DNA of 64,000 nucleotides, taken from positions 6,821-70,820 of the forward strand of contig JAZRFR010000257.1 of the NCBI GenBank assembly GCA_045643785.1, given 5' to 3'. Position 1 is the stretch's first letter, and the number at the start of each line of letters is the position of its first letter. Positions 37,637-47,100 of the stretch are shown here, one piece after another. The position numbers were made by a program, and so were the translations under genes. This DNA comes from Eubacteriales bacterium. Its GTDB lineage: Bacteria > Bacillota > Clostridia > Oscillospirales > CAG-272. Below the pieces are notes generated by a model. The model was not told the DNA's origin. It was given only the letters and a program-made list of their open reading frames with translations, and searched no databases.

Positions 37637-37853
37637 GTGTATTTCCTTTCGATCCGTGTGGCAAAGCACACAGACTATTCCATATTAAATCAGTATATTG
37701 TACCACAGAGTTATGAACTCCATGTGAATTTGCTTGAAATTCCCCGCTTGCGAAACATACGAAAATGTTTTTTCATCGCAGGATGTGACAGTTTTTTCAT
37801 ATTCATTGCGATATAATTCAGGTACATACTACTGCAAAAGAAAGGATTTATCC

Positions 37854-38393
37854 ATGCTGTGTGAAAGATGCAACAAGAAAAAGATTGCCGTGCTGTTTCG
37901 GGAAAACGTAAACGGGCGTATTCGGTCTTTACAAGTATGCCACGATTGTGCCGACGTACTGGGAAACACCGAAGAACTGGAAACCATTGGCTTGGAGGTC
38001 GCAGGTTCGCTCTCGCCCTTTGGGCAGGCTGACGAGATCGACCTTCCCCTCTCGGTGTACTATCCCCCCAAAAAATCTTCACGCCCCCCTTCCGGGAGCT
38101 CCGAAAAATGCCCGGGATGCGGTATGACGTGGGAGGAGATCGTAAAGGCGGGCAAGGTTGGCTGTGCGGTGTGCTATACCGTCTATGCGGACGAGCTGTC
38201 GGAGGCAGTTCACTCTGCCCACGGAGCGGCTGAGCATACGGGACGGTGTTCGGCGGGACACCGCGCGAGGGCGCAAAAATTGGAGAAATTGGCTACCTTG
38301 AAGAAGCGACTTAAGGAAGCCGTATCCGCCGAAAAATACGAAAATGCCGCCGAGCTTCGGGATCAGATCCGTTCCCTTGAAGCCGAGCTTTGA
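37854..38393 (+). CDS. mcsA: Protein arginine kinase activator McsA-like (zinc-finger + UVR motif protein)
   Basis: CERC...CHDC and CPGC...CAVC cysteine pairs, and a C-terminal UVR-like LKEAVSAEKYENAAELRDQIRSLE. Start set at ATG 37854 (GAAAGGA SD). Confidence 0.7.
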   Translation: MLCERCNKKKIAVLFRENVNGRIRSLQVCHDCADVLGNTEELETIGLEVAGSLSPFGQADEIDLPLSVYYPPKKSSRPPSGSSEKCPGCGMTWEEIVKAGKVGCAVCYTVYADELSEAVHSAHGAAEHTGRCSAGHRARAQKLEKLATLKKRLKEAVSAEKYENAAELRDQIRSLEAEL

Positions 38394-38406
38394 AAGGAGA
38401 TACGCA

Positions 38407-39417
38407 ATGGCTTGGTATCATATTCCGGGAAACGAGCAGGATATTGCCGTCAGTACCCAGGTACGCTTCCTTCGTAATCTGGTCGATCTTCCCTTTACCT
38501 CCCGCTTGGATACAGCGAGAGCCAGGGATCTTCTGAATCGGGTGGGAAACATATTGGAGAAAAACGGGTTTACCCGCATTGACATGTCCGACATATCCCG
38601 CACGATCGCGCAATCCCTGATCGAAAAACACTACGTCGGCCCCTCTTTCGTACGGGAAAGTCTTCCCCACGCGCTTTTTTTGAACGAACCCTGCAATCTG
38701 TCGGTCATGGTGGGTGACGAGGATCACATTCGCATCCAGTGCATCCTCTCGGGCTTGTCCCTGCGGGATGCGTACGCGGGTGCTGACAAGATCGAATCCC
38801 TGCTGGACAGCAATCTGGATATCGCCTTTGACAAAAAGTGGGGGTATTTGACCAGCAATCCCGCTGATCTTGGTACGGCCATGCGTATCACCGTCACCCT
38901 TTGTCTCCCCATGTTGTCCCGTAGCCGCCGTATGGATTCGATTTCTATGTCCCTTGGGCAAATGGGCTTTCTCATGCGGAGAGTCAGCGGAGGATCGCTC
39001 ACACCGCTTGGATCCTTGGTTCAGATCAGCAATCGCATTACCCTCGGTATGACCGAAGAAAGCCTGCTGAACCGAATGGAGGCGGCTGTAGAGCAGGTCA
39101 TTACGCAAGAACGCAGGATGCGGGATTCGGCCATGCATGCCGACGCCCACGCCGTGACCGACCGTGTATTCCGTGCGGAAGGAATCCTCCGTCACGCGCA
39201 TACGTTGACCGCTGAAGAAATGACCGACCTTTTAACACAGCTCCGACTGGGCGCTTCCTTGGGGCTGACGGCGGCGCGGATCGATTGCATCACGTCGCTT
39301 CTTGTCGAAGCGATGCCGTCCACCCTTTCCATCGGCGGGGACAGTCATCCTAAATCCGATCAGGAAAGAAATATTCTGCGCGCGCGGTTGGTTAAAGAGA
39401 GGCTTTTCGGGGCATGA
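38407..39417 (+). CDS. mcsB: Protein arginine kinase McsB (ATP:guanido phosphotransferase family), signature-divergent
   Basis: GDEDHIRIQ and WGYLTSNPADLGTAMRITVTLCLPML align with the guanidino-kinase catalytic core. Start ATG 38407 with GAAAGGAG SD. Confidence 0.8.
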   Translation: MAWYHIPGNEQDIAVSTQVRFLRNLVDLPFTSRLDTARARDLLNRVGNILEKNGFTRIDMSDISRTIAQSLIEKHYVGPSFVRESLPHALFLNEPCNLSVMVGDEDHIRIQCILSGLSLRDAYAGADKIESLLDSNLDIAFDKKWGYLTSNPADLGTAMRITVTLCLPMLSRSRRMDSISMSLGQMGFLMRRVSGGSLTPLGSLVQISNRITLGMTEESLLNRMEAAVEQVITQERRMRDSAMHADAHAVTDRVFRAEGILRHAHTLTAEEMTDLLTQLRLGASLGLTAARIDCITSLLVEAMPSTLSIGGDSHPKSDQERNILRARLVKERLFGA

Positions 39418-39451
39418 TCTATGCAACGGTTGCATCAAACAGGAGGGACAC

Positions 39452-41968
39452 ATGACAAATCGGTTCACGTCAAGAGCGCAGAACGCCTTGAATTACGCAT
39501 TGCGGGAGGCTTCTTTACTGGGTCACACGTATATTGGTTCGGAGCATCTGCTCCTGGGACTATTGCGGGAAGAAAACGGGATCGCATCCAAGCTCATGCA
39601 CGGAAAAGGGGCGGATATGGATAAGATCCGCCGTATGTTGATGGATCTTTCGGGCGCAGGCGCCGAAACCCACGTTTCCCCCTCCGATATGACACCGCGG
39701 GTCCGCAAAATCATTCTGGATTCGGCCGCAGAGGCCTCCCGTTGCGGGCAGTCCTACGTGGGGACCGAGCATCTTCTGCTGGCGCTTTTGGATGAGCCGA
39801 GCTGTGTGGCGGTTCGGATTCTGGAGTCAACCGCGGTATCCTGTGACGATCTGCGGAAAGATGTGATCAATTTTCTTTCCTCGGCACCGAACTCCGCGAC
39901 TCCCCATCGCAGAGATCCGTTGCGAGCCGATCATCGGGACGCAGACACATCTTCCAAGGATGACTTTCGTGGCACACGGCGGGATGGCAATCGGGAATCG
40001 GAGAGAGAGGACACGCGTATTCCGGGTATGCCCACGCTGTCCAAATACGGGCGGGATCTTACGGCGCTGGCTCAAGCAGGCAAGCTGGATCCCGTCATTG
40101 GGCGAGAGGCCGAGACCGAGCGTGTCATTCGGGTTCTTTCCCGACGGCAAAAGAACAATCCCTGTCTGATCGGAGAGCCCGGAGTCGGGAAAACCGCCGT
40201 CGTGGAAGGATTGGCGCAACGCATTGCAGACGGAAACGTTCCCGAGCCGTTGCGAGACCGATCCATCGTCACGCTGGATCTCCCCGGTATGATCGCAGGC
40301 GCGAAGTATCGCGGTGAATTCGAGGATCGTCTGAAGAGTGTCATGAACGAGGTACGAAAGAATTCTTCTGTCATTCTGTTCATTGACGAGATCCACACCG
40401 TCGTGGGCGCAGGCGCGGCTGAAGGTGCCGTGGATGCGGCCAACATTCTAAAGCCTGCTCTTTCCCGCGGTGATATGCGGTTGATTGGCGCGACAACGGT
40501 CGCGGAATACCGACAAAGCATTGAAAAGGACGCGGCGCTGGAGCGGCGCTTTCAGGCTGTGACGGTGCGTGAGCCGACTACGGACGAGGCTATGAAAATA
40601 TTGCTGGGACTTCGCCCAAAATACGAGGCTCATCACAAGGTCAAGATCACCGACGGGGCGCTTCGCGCGGCGATTGATCTGTCCGTGCGCTACATTCCGG
40701 ATCGTTTCCTGCCGGATAAGGCCATCGATCTTCTGGATGAAGCGGCGGCGCTTCTGCTGATATCCAGTCTGACCGAACCCACTGATTTGAAAGAGCTGGA
40801 AGATGAATTGGCCTCGGTGGCGCGGGAAAAGGAGGAGGCGATCAAGGCGCAGGAATTTGAGCTTGCGGCGCAGCTGCGGGACAAAGAATGCAGTAAACAG
40901 GAAGCGTATCAACGGGCCAAGAACAGTTGGGAACAGAATTCGCAGGGGAATCACAGCTCCCGCGATTCCGTAACCGAGAATCACGTGGCGGATATTGTGA
41001 CCGAGTGGACAGGCATTCCTGTTTCCCGCTTGATGCAAAGCGAAAACGAACGTCTTCTTAATCTTGAACATCAACTGAGCGAGCGTGTCATCGGACAAAA
41101 GGAAGCTGTTTCCGCAGTAGCAAGTGCCATACGCCGCGGACGGTTGGGTTTGAAGGATCCCAGACTTCCCATCGGATCTTTCATATTCCTGGGACAAACG
41201 GGGGTCGGAAAAACCGAATTGACCCGCGCTTTGGCGGCGGCCATGTTCGGAAGCGAAAAAGCCTTGATCCGCTTCGATATGTCCGAATATATGGAGAAGC
41301 ACAGCGTATCCCGTCTCATTGGCTCGCCTCCCGGCTACGTGGGGCATGAGGAGGGCGGTCAACTGACGGAGCGCATACGCCGTCAGCCCTACTCGGTGAT
41401 CCTGTTTGACGAGTTGGAAAAGGCGCATCCCGACGTATTCAATATTCTTTTACAGGTACTGGACGACGGATCGCTAACGGATTCCCTGGGGCATCGGGTC
41501 AATTTCAGCAACACCGTGATCATTATGACCTCCAATCTGGGCGCGGGAGAGAATTTGCATAAGTCCGTTGGTTTCTCGTCCTCGTCCGAGGCAACCCGTG
41601 ACCGTGACAGAATGCTTACGGCCTTGAAATCCGCTTTTCGTCCTGAATTTCTCAACCGAATCGACGAAATCGTGGTATTCGGGCGGTTAGGCGAAGAAGA
41701 AATCCGTCGTATTGCTTCCCTGCTTTTGGAGGAGATACGGAAGCGAGTGAAGGATCTGGGCATTGACCTGACCTTCTCGGAGGAGGTGATCTCGCTTCTC
41801 GCAAAGGAAGGCTATCATCCCGCGTACGGCGCGCGGCCTCTGCGGCGAGCCGCCGTAAAGCTCATAGAGGAACCGCTGGCACAGGAAATGCTGACGGGAA
41901 AAGTTCGGGACGGGGATCGGGTACAAGCAAGCGTACGGGAAGGCACGTTGATTTTTGAAAAGAGCTGA
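39452..41968 (+). CDS. clpC: ATP-dependent Clp protease ATP-binding subunit ClpC
   Basis: Two Clp N repeats ([12 protein letters not shown]..., [13 protein letters not shown]...), D1 Walker [10 protein letters not shown], a UVR-like middle domain, and D2 GQTGVGKTE. Start ATG 39452 (AGGAGGG SD), not the track start at 39302. Confidence 0.92.
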   Translation: MTNRFTSRAQNALNYALREASLLGHTYIGSEHLLLGLLREENGIASKLMHGKGADMDKIRRMLMDLSGAGAETHVSPSDMTPRVRKIILDSAAEASRCGQSYVGTEHLLLALLDEPSCVAVRILESTAVSCDDLRKDVINFLSSAPNSATPHRRDPLRADHRDADTSSKDDFRGTRRDGNRESEREDTRIPGMPTLSKYGRDLTALAQAGKLDPVIGREAETERVIRVLSRRQKNNPCLIGEPGVGKTAVVEGLAQRIADGNVPEPLRDRSIVTLDLPGMIAGAKYRGEFEDRLKSVMNEVRKNSSVILFIDEIHTVVGAGAAEGAVDAANILKPALSRGDMRLIGATTVAEYRQSIEKDAALERRFQAVTVREPTTDEAMKILLGLRPKYEAHHKVKITDGALRAAIDLSVRYIPDRFLPDKAIDLLDEAAALLLISSLTEPTDLKELEDELASVAREKEEAIKAQEFELAAQLRDKECSKQEAYQRAKNSWEQNSQGNHSSRDSVTENHVADIVTEWTGIPVSRLMQSENERLLNLEHQLSERVIGQKEAVSAVASAIRRGRLGLKDPRLPIGSFIFLGQTGVGKTELTRALAAAMFGSEKALIRFDMSEYMEKHSVSRLIGSPPGYVGHEEGGQLTERIRRQPYSVILFDELEKAHPDVFNILLQVLDDGSLTDSLGHRVNFSNTVIIMTSNLGAGENLHKSVGFSSSSEATRDRDRMLTALKSAFRPEFLNRIDEIVVFGRLGEEEIRRIASLLLEEIRKRVKDLGIDLTFSEEVISLLAKEGYHPAYGARPLRRAAVKLIEEPLAQEMLTGKVRDGDRVQASVREGTLIFEKS

Positions 41969-41973
41969 ACGTG

Positions 41974-42013
41974 AAAAAGGAACCCACTACTGTGGGTTCC
42001 CTTTTCTGTTTTT
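41974..42013. terminator. Bidirectional rho-independent terminator
   Basis: AAAAAGGAACCCAC-tact-GTGGGTTCCCTTTTCTGTTTTT between convergent clpC and the 1264-aa gene. Confidence 0.7.
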
Positions 42014-42017
42014 GAAC

Positions 42018-45000
42018 TTATTCTTTGCGCTTTCGGCACAGAACGAATCCTGCCGCCGCCAAGAGCAAGACAATGGGGGCGATCACAACGGATCCGCATC
42101 CCTGTCCCTTGCCGGGTTCATCGGAAGTGCCCGCGCCGTCTCCGCTTGAAGCACCGTTTCCGGTCATGGGAGCGGTGTCATGATCGGCCTTGGTTTCATC
42201 CTCGGTGGGTAAATCTTTACCCAAATTCAAGGTGTTTACCAAGCGCTGATCGGGGGTATACGTCACTTCGGCGTAGGTACCGCCCAGCAGGGTTTCCACT
42301 CGGCTTCCATCGGCAATCTGGGAGGCATACGCAATATAGAGGTTAGCGCACTCCATGGTCTGATTTCGGGTGGTCAAGGCGATCTGGGAGCCCGAAGAAT
42401 TGATGCGGGTATCTTCCACGGTAAGCACCTCTTTCCCGCTTGCGTCACAGAGAATGGCTTTGCCGTAGTACTGCTGCCCCGTGCCGTCCGTCTTGTAGAC
42501 TACGCCGGGATTCTCCAGTTTGACCGAGCACATCAGAATATCGTTGAAATAAATGGATACTTGCTCGCAATCATCCACCACACGGAGCTTGAACCATCCG
42601 TTTGCATCGGGCTGGAAATCCTTCGAATAGGGGAAAGTATAGGAAGCAGAAGCGACCCCCAATCCATCGGCGGCATACCGCTTGATGCGGACGGTAATGG
42701 CGTTCGCGTCGGGGTAGAGTCCGATGCCGGAGCCTGCGGTGGAAGAACCGCCGTGCTTACGACCGCCGTTCTCGGCGTACCAGTCCCACTCAAAGTAATT
42801 GAATACCTGATCCACGTTGAAGTTCGCCGGGTTTTTAGGAACGTACGCACCGGGCATTTCGCCGCGTACGTAGATAGCGCTGTTGCCGTATTCAACCATG
42901 TGGATATCCGCCGAGAACTCGTAGGAGCCCTCCACGTCGTTCCAGGTACGGAGATCGCAATATCCCTTAAGTCGCAGGTAATTTCCTGCGTCGCCCTTCA
43001 TGACCTGGGCCGTACAGTTATTCGTACCGCGGGCAAACTCAAACTGTTCTGCTATGGGGGTATTATTCACGAAGGTTCCTGCCCTCATGGTATCCATATC
43101 GTAGAGCACATCGATTACGGTATCCTTGACCGAAATATCCAGATCAGCGGAAGGCTTCTGTATAACTGCGCCGTTGGCAGAAGTCTTTCCTTCCTCGGTC
43201 ACCAGAACGGTCTTCGCTACGGAAGTCGTTTCGTAATCTTCGCAGATATAGGTGTAGCCAAAGCGATTATCGGGGGCAGTATCACCCAGATCCATGAAGG
43301 CCATGGGATCGCCGTTCTTCACGGAATTATCGGCCCATTTGAAGATCATCTTCTTCAGTTTACCGCTGATGCCCAGCAGTTCCTTGGGGAGACGGATAGT
43401 CATGTAGGGACCTTCCATATAGAAGTACGCGCCACCTACGATCTCGGACTCAAAGGAGTTATCCTTGAATTTTTCCACGGTCACGACAAAGGAATCACGG
43501 TCACGGTTGAGCACGTAATCGTAACCTTCCCAACCCGTGGTCACATCGCCATCCACGTTGAGATAGAGGTTCATCCACTCGGTATCGTTATCGATGATGA
43601 TATCATGGGAGGTTTTGATCAAGAAGTACAGGTTGTCCTCATCCTGGGAAACCTTGGCGTACTCGAAATCGTTACGACCGGTATTGTTGATATAGCGGAA
43701 GTCTGCGTCGTAGCTGACGGTGTTGCGATGCTCGACATCGTAGAGAGAGTCCATGTAGGTCAGTTCAATTTTATCCCAGGAAGAGATATCGTAAATGTTG
43801 ACCGAGGTCTGATGGTCCGCAACGGGAGTCGCACCAATACCCTTGAACTGACGGATATAATCCACCATCTGGTAGTAGTAATTATCTCCGATACCGTAAC
43901 CGTCCTGATTCCGCATAGGCTCGCCGTCACGGGAGAATTCGCAGTTGAACTGATCTACGTAAGCAAATTTAGCCGTGGTATTGGCCATGTTTTGCGGAGT
44001 GTCCGAATGGAAGCAGCCTGCGATCCACTCGTTCCATCCCGTAATCATCATGACGAAGGGATCGTCAGCGGCAATATTTTCGTTGACGAGGTAGTTGACC
44101 GCGCCGAACTGGGATTCGAAGCAGAGTCCCTTCCCTGCCTGCTCCACGGAGGAGAACTCCATGTCGCCTTTGCCGTTGTTGGGCTCGCGGTTGTTGACGA
44201 AGCTACGGCCCTTGCTCATAGTGGGATGATGACCCATAGCAACTGCCAAGGATTCAAAGTTCCCCTCTCCATCGCGTCCCCAGCCGCCGTTACGCATTTG
44301 CACTACTCGCGTGCTTGATTCAGGCTTATAGATATATTCCTGCAGCCATGCCCAGTAGTTATCCGCATCGGTCCACGCCCAGCTTCCGCGGACAGTGAAT
44401 TTCTCGTCTACCTGCTTCTTAGTGGCACCCGACAGGCCGGAATAATTACCGAAAACCAAAGGCTTGCCTTCCCACATGAAGAACAGCTCGCTGTACTTGT
44501 CCCAGTTCGCATCGGAGTAGACGGTGGTAAACAGCTTCTGCATATTGGATTGGAAGGTAGAAGGGGTATCGCCGTTGAAAAATACGATCTGGGGAGTATC
44601 AATGCCCTCTTTCCGCATTGCCAGCCAGGTATCGAACAGAGCGGTGTGACCGGGGATGAATACCTCCGCGTTGGAGACGTCCAGGTAAATGAAGTCAACC
44701 CCTGCCTGCTCCAGCATGTAGGCGTGCTTGCGATACACCCAAGTATCGGTATTGATGTAGTAGCCGAAGTAAGGTTCTGCCCAGTACGCTTCCCCTCCGT
44801 TTTCTTCAATGCGTTTGATGGCATTCTCGGCTCCCAGCTCCAGGTACAGCTTAGTATTGTCCTGTACGTGAACGCCTGCACCGACCCAGCAAAGGAAGTA
44901 GAACAGACCTACGTAGCGGTTGTCCTTGGGGTCGCCTGCCTTGGTGTTATCGGCCACGGTGCGGTCCAGGGCATCGTGAGCCGTCCAGGTAGAATAGTCG

Positions 45001-45812
45001 ATCTTACGAAGTTCCTCGGCTTCGGGGATGTTGCGAGTCTCCTCCACGTTGGTGAAGATCACGTTATCGATGTAGCCGTCGATATCCCTCATATCCAGCG
45101 AGAAGTATCCCGAGGGATATAATTTACACTGGTTTGTCTCCGCCTTCACGGCGCCGTCGGCTCCGCAAAAGGCCAAATACCCATCTTCGGAGTACTTGAC
45201 GGAGGCGATCACGGTTTCTCCGCAAGAAAGCGTGATGGTATCAAGGCCTTCATGCAGGGTAAAATTCTTCGCCTCTGCCAAAGATACGGGCATGGCAACC
45301 GTTGTCTCCAGACCACACTCGGGTTCAAAGATTCTCATAGTATCGGTACCGTCGAAGGCGAACCAGACCCCCCGCTTGGAAGTATCTGCCGCTACGCGGG
45401 AGGTGCGGACACCTAGGTATACGGTACCACCCGTGAGCTTGAGATCGAAGGACAGGTAGCCTTCCTCCAAACCGTAGTTGTCGCCCAAGCCAACGGCAGA
45501 TCCGAAGATGAAGTCCTTTCCTTCCTTGGTCGTCAGCGCCCCATCCACGATCTCGGCGTTGGCGCGGTTGCTCATGACAATGGCTGTATCGGTGGCGTAA
45601 TGGTTGATTCGATCCAGGGAAAAGTCGTATCCGTGTGTGACCAGATTACGGGTCATAAAACCGTAATCGTAGCCACCCTCATGTTCTGTAATCGCCGCGC
45701 CTCCGTAAGTCGCCGCGGGTTCTTCGGCAAACACGGTCGGGATCGTCAAAGCCGTACCAACCGTCATCAAAGCCGCCAAAACTGCGGCTGTCGTTCGTTT
45801 CCAATTTCTCAT
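42018..45812 (-). CDS. Very large secreted, C-terminally membrane-anchored protein (1264 aa), putative glycan-active enzyme
   Basis: Signal peptide AAVLAALMTVGTALTIPTVFA|EE. The central region YVGLFYFLCWVG...GVDFIYLDVSNAEV...GIDTPQIVFF looks like a TIM-barrel glycosidase. C-terminus GCGSVVIAPIVLLLAAAGFVLCRKRKE. GAAAGGAG SD. Confidence 0.55.
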   Translation of the reverse strand: MRNWKRTTAAVLAALMTVGTALTIPTVFAEEPAATYGGAAITEHEGGYDYGFMTRNLVTHGYDFSLDRINHYATDTAIVMSNRANAEIVDGALTTKEGKDFIFGSAVGLGDNYGLEEGYLSFDLKLTGGTVYLGVRTSRVAADTSKRGVWFAFDGTDTMRIFEPECGLETTVAMPVSLAEAKNFTLHEGLDTITLSCGETVIASVKYSEDGYLAFCGADGAVKAETNQCKLYPSGYFSLDMRDIDGYIDNVIFTNVEETRNIPEAEELRKIDYSTWTAHDALDRTVADNTKAGDPKDNRYVGLFYFLCWVGAGVHVQDNTKLYLELGAENAIKRIEENGGEAYWAEPYFGYYINTDTWVYRKHAYMLEQAGVDFIYLDVSNAEVFIPGHTALFDTWLAMRKEGIDTPQIVFFNGDTPSTFQSNMQKLFTTVYSDANWDKYSELFFMWEGKPLVFGNYSGLSGATKKQVDEKFTVRGSWAWTDADNYWAWLQEYIYKPESSTRVVQMRNGGWGRDGEGNFESLAVAMGHHPTMSKGRSFVNNREPNNGKGDMEFSSVEQAGKGLCFESQFGAVNYLVNENIAADDPFVMMITGWNEWIAGCFHSDTPQNMANTTAKFAYVDQFNCEFSRDGEPMRNQDGYGIGDNYYYQMVDYIRQFKGIGATPVADHQTSVNIYDISSWDKIELTYMDSLYDVEHRNTVSYDADFRYINNTGRNDFEYAKVSQDEDNLYFLIKTSHDIIIDNDTEWMNLYLNVDGDVTTGWEGYDYVLNRDRDSFVVTVEKFKDNSFESEIVGGAYFYMEGPYMTIRLPKELLGISGKLKKMIFKWADNSVKNGDPMAFMDLGDTAPDNRFGYTYICEDYETTSVAKTVLVTEEGKTSANGAVIQKPSADLDISVKDTVIDVLYDMDTMRAGTFVNNTPIAEQFEFARGTNNCTAQVMKGDAGNYLRLKGYCDLRTWNDVEGSYEFSADIHMVEYGNSAIYVRGEMPGAYVPKNPANFNVDQVFNYFEWDWYAENGGRKHGGSSTAGSGIGLYPDANAITVRIKRYAADGLGVASASYTFPYSKDFQPDANGWFKLRVVDDCEQVSIYFNDILMCSVKLENPGVVYKTDGTGQQYYGKAILCDASGKEVLTVEDTRINSSGSQIALTTRNQTMECANLYIAYASQIADGSRVETLLGGTYAEVTYTPDQRLVNTLNLGKDLPTEDETKADHDTAPMTGNGASSGDGAGTSDEPGKGQGCGSVVIAPIVLLLAAAGFVLCRKRKE

Positions 45813-45841
45813 ATCGATTCTCCTTTCGGACGGATGTATAT

Positions 45842-45870
45842 ATTATACACATTCCCTCGATATATTGCAA
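45842..45870 (-). promoter_or_regulatory. Sigma-A type promoter of the 1264-aa gene
   Basis: The minus strand reads TTGCAA (45870-45865), 17 nt, TATAAT (45847-45842), ~25 nt upstream of the SD. Confidence 0.5.
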
Positions 45871-45903
45871 TACTGTTTTGTCATTTTTGTGCAAAATGCT
45901 GCA

Positions 45904-45939
45904 CAAAAAAACCTGCCGCTGTAAGCGACAGGTTTTTTG
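45904..45939 (-). terminator. Rho-independent terminator after the DUF4430 gene (A/T runs on both sides)
   Basis: AAAAAAACCTGCCGC-tgtaa-GCGACAGGTTTTTT, an imperfect stem at 45912-45932. Confidence 0.6.
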
Positions 45940-45960
45940 TATAGCGCCAACCGATGGAAA

Positions 45961-46377
45961 TTATTCCAGAACGATGACGACGGTCTTGCCGTTCTCAAGA
46001 GTCTGGTTCTTAATGGAACCGAAAGCCTTAGCCTGACCCTCATCCTCGTAGTAAGCCTTCCAAGCCTTGCCGTTACCGGAAGTCAGCTCACCGATCGTAG
46101 AAAGCAGGTCGTTGCTATCGAAGATCTCGAACTCGTCCTCGAACTCACCGGCGCAGAACATCTCGATTGCATTGCCGAGGGTGCCGTCGCAAGAGGTAGT
46201 GCCCTCATACTTAACGGTAGAACCGTCCTTGATGATCAGCGTGACCTCTACGGTGGTCTTAACAGCGGTGTCTGCTGCGGTGGTCTCGCCGGCGTCGCCG
46301 CCCTTATCGCAAGCAACGAATGCGGAAACCATCATGCACAGAGCCATGACAACTGCCATAATCTTAAGAAGCTTCAT
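45961..46377 (-). CDS. DUF4430 domain-containing lipoprotein
   Basis: Lipobox MALCMMVSAFVACDKG. The C-terminal GKAWKAYYEDEG...LENGKTVVIVLE matches the DUF4430 pattern. Start ATG 46377 (GGAGG SD). Confidence 0.6.
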   Translation of the reverse strand: MKLLKIMAVVMALCMMVSAFVACDKGGDAGETTAADTAVKTTVEVTLIIKDGSTVKYEGTTSCDGTLGNAIEMFCAGEFEDEFEIFDSNDLLSTIGELTSGNGKAWKAYYEDEGQAKAFGSIKNQTLENGKTVVIVLE

Positions 46378-46414
46378 GTTGAAAATCCTCCATAAAAGAA
46401 ATATTGACAGGTAC

Positions 46415-46443
46415 ATTATACTACATTACGATCAAATTGTCAA
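46415..46443 (-). promoter_or_regulatory. Perfect-consensus sigma-A promoter of the DUF4430 gene
   Basis: The minus strand reads TTGACA (46443-46438), 17 nt (atttgatcgtaatgtag), TATAAT (46420-46415). Confidence 0.6.
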
Positions 46444-46508
46444 CGGCTAATTACAAAAATTCACTTTATAACCAAAATTTTGGGGGTATATCTTGTGCAT
46501 TCTGTACA

Positions 46509-47003
46509 CTACACGTGCAAAATAACGGCGAACTGAAGGAAAAACAGGCAGATATTCCAAAGACCGAACAGCAAGGCAACGCATGAAGTCCATTTAGTAA
46601 CCCGCCACCAAGAGTAGGCACAGACAAAGGCTGCCGCAGCCGACACGAGCAAGCACATCCACGACGGGACCAAATAAAACTTTCCAAAGAGCAGTGTATA
46701 CCACACGAGGGAGAAAACCACGGCCAGTACGGCAAACGTACAACCTCTCCACAGATGGACTTCCCCGACAGGACTCGTCGGAGGACACGACAGAAGATCT
46801 CCCAGGGCCGCCCCCCACAACAGGTAAAAGCCCAGCCACAAAAGGCTCATAAGCCACATAGGCGGAAGAAGCGCGGATGCGCTCAGCTTATGCAAAAGAA
46901 TGATGGGAGACCCGACGCTCCAGCGGGTAAGCATGGCGCAAGCCAGAAGAAGACCTGCGCCGATGAGAGCGGGAAACGTAAGACCGCGTGAATTCGTTTT
47001 CAT
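46509..47003 (-). CDS. TspO/MBR-like five-TM membrane protein
   Basis: 164 aa with five hydrophobic segments. LLPPMWLMSLLWLGFYLLWGAALG resembles the TspO P-x-W-x-F-x(3)-W-x(2)-LY region. Start ATG 47003 (AAAGGGGAG SD). Confidence 0.45.
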   Translation of the reverse strand: MKTNSRGLTFPALIGAGLLLACAMLTRWSVGSPIILLHKLSASALLPPMWLMSLLWLGFYLLWGAALGDLLSCPPTSPVGEVHLWRGCTFAVLAVVFSLVWYTLLFGKFYLVPSWMCLLVSAAAAFVCAYSWWRVTKWTSCVALLFGLWNICLFFLQFAVILHV

Positions 47004-47100
47004 ACCGTGCTCCCCTTTCACTATTTCATCCGATATCCCTACACGGTATGCCGTGACAGGATCATTTATGACGGAGCGGGAGCCGATCGTGATTCATTCG

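Noticed and set aside
37734-39451. The long N-terminal extensions given by the ORF track for mcsA (37734), mcsB (38344) and clpC (39302). The same applies to rlmB (60663), the PBP (49518), sigG (35566) and DUF1385 (37669).
   Set aside because: In each case an internal ATG is preceded by a good SD at 6-9 nt and begins the conserved family N-terminus. The upstream extension overlaps the neighbouring gene or a promoter and has no family similarity.
42561-44318. A 585-aa plus-strand ORF.
   Set aside because: It is antisense to the 1264-aa secreted protein gene. It has no SD and a low-complexity product.
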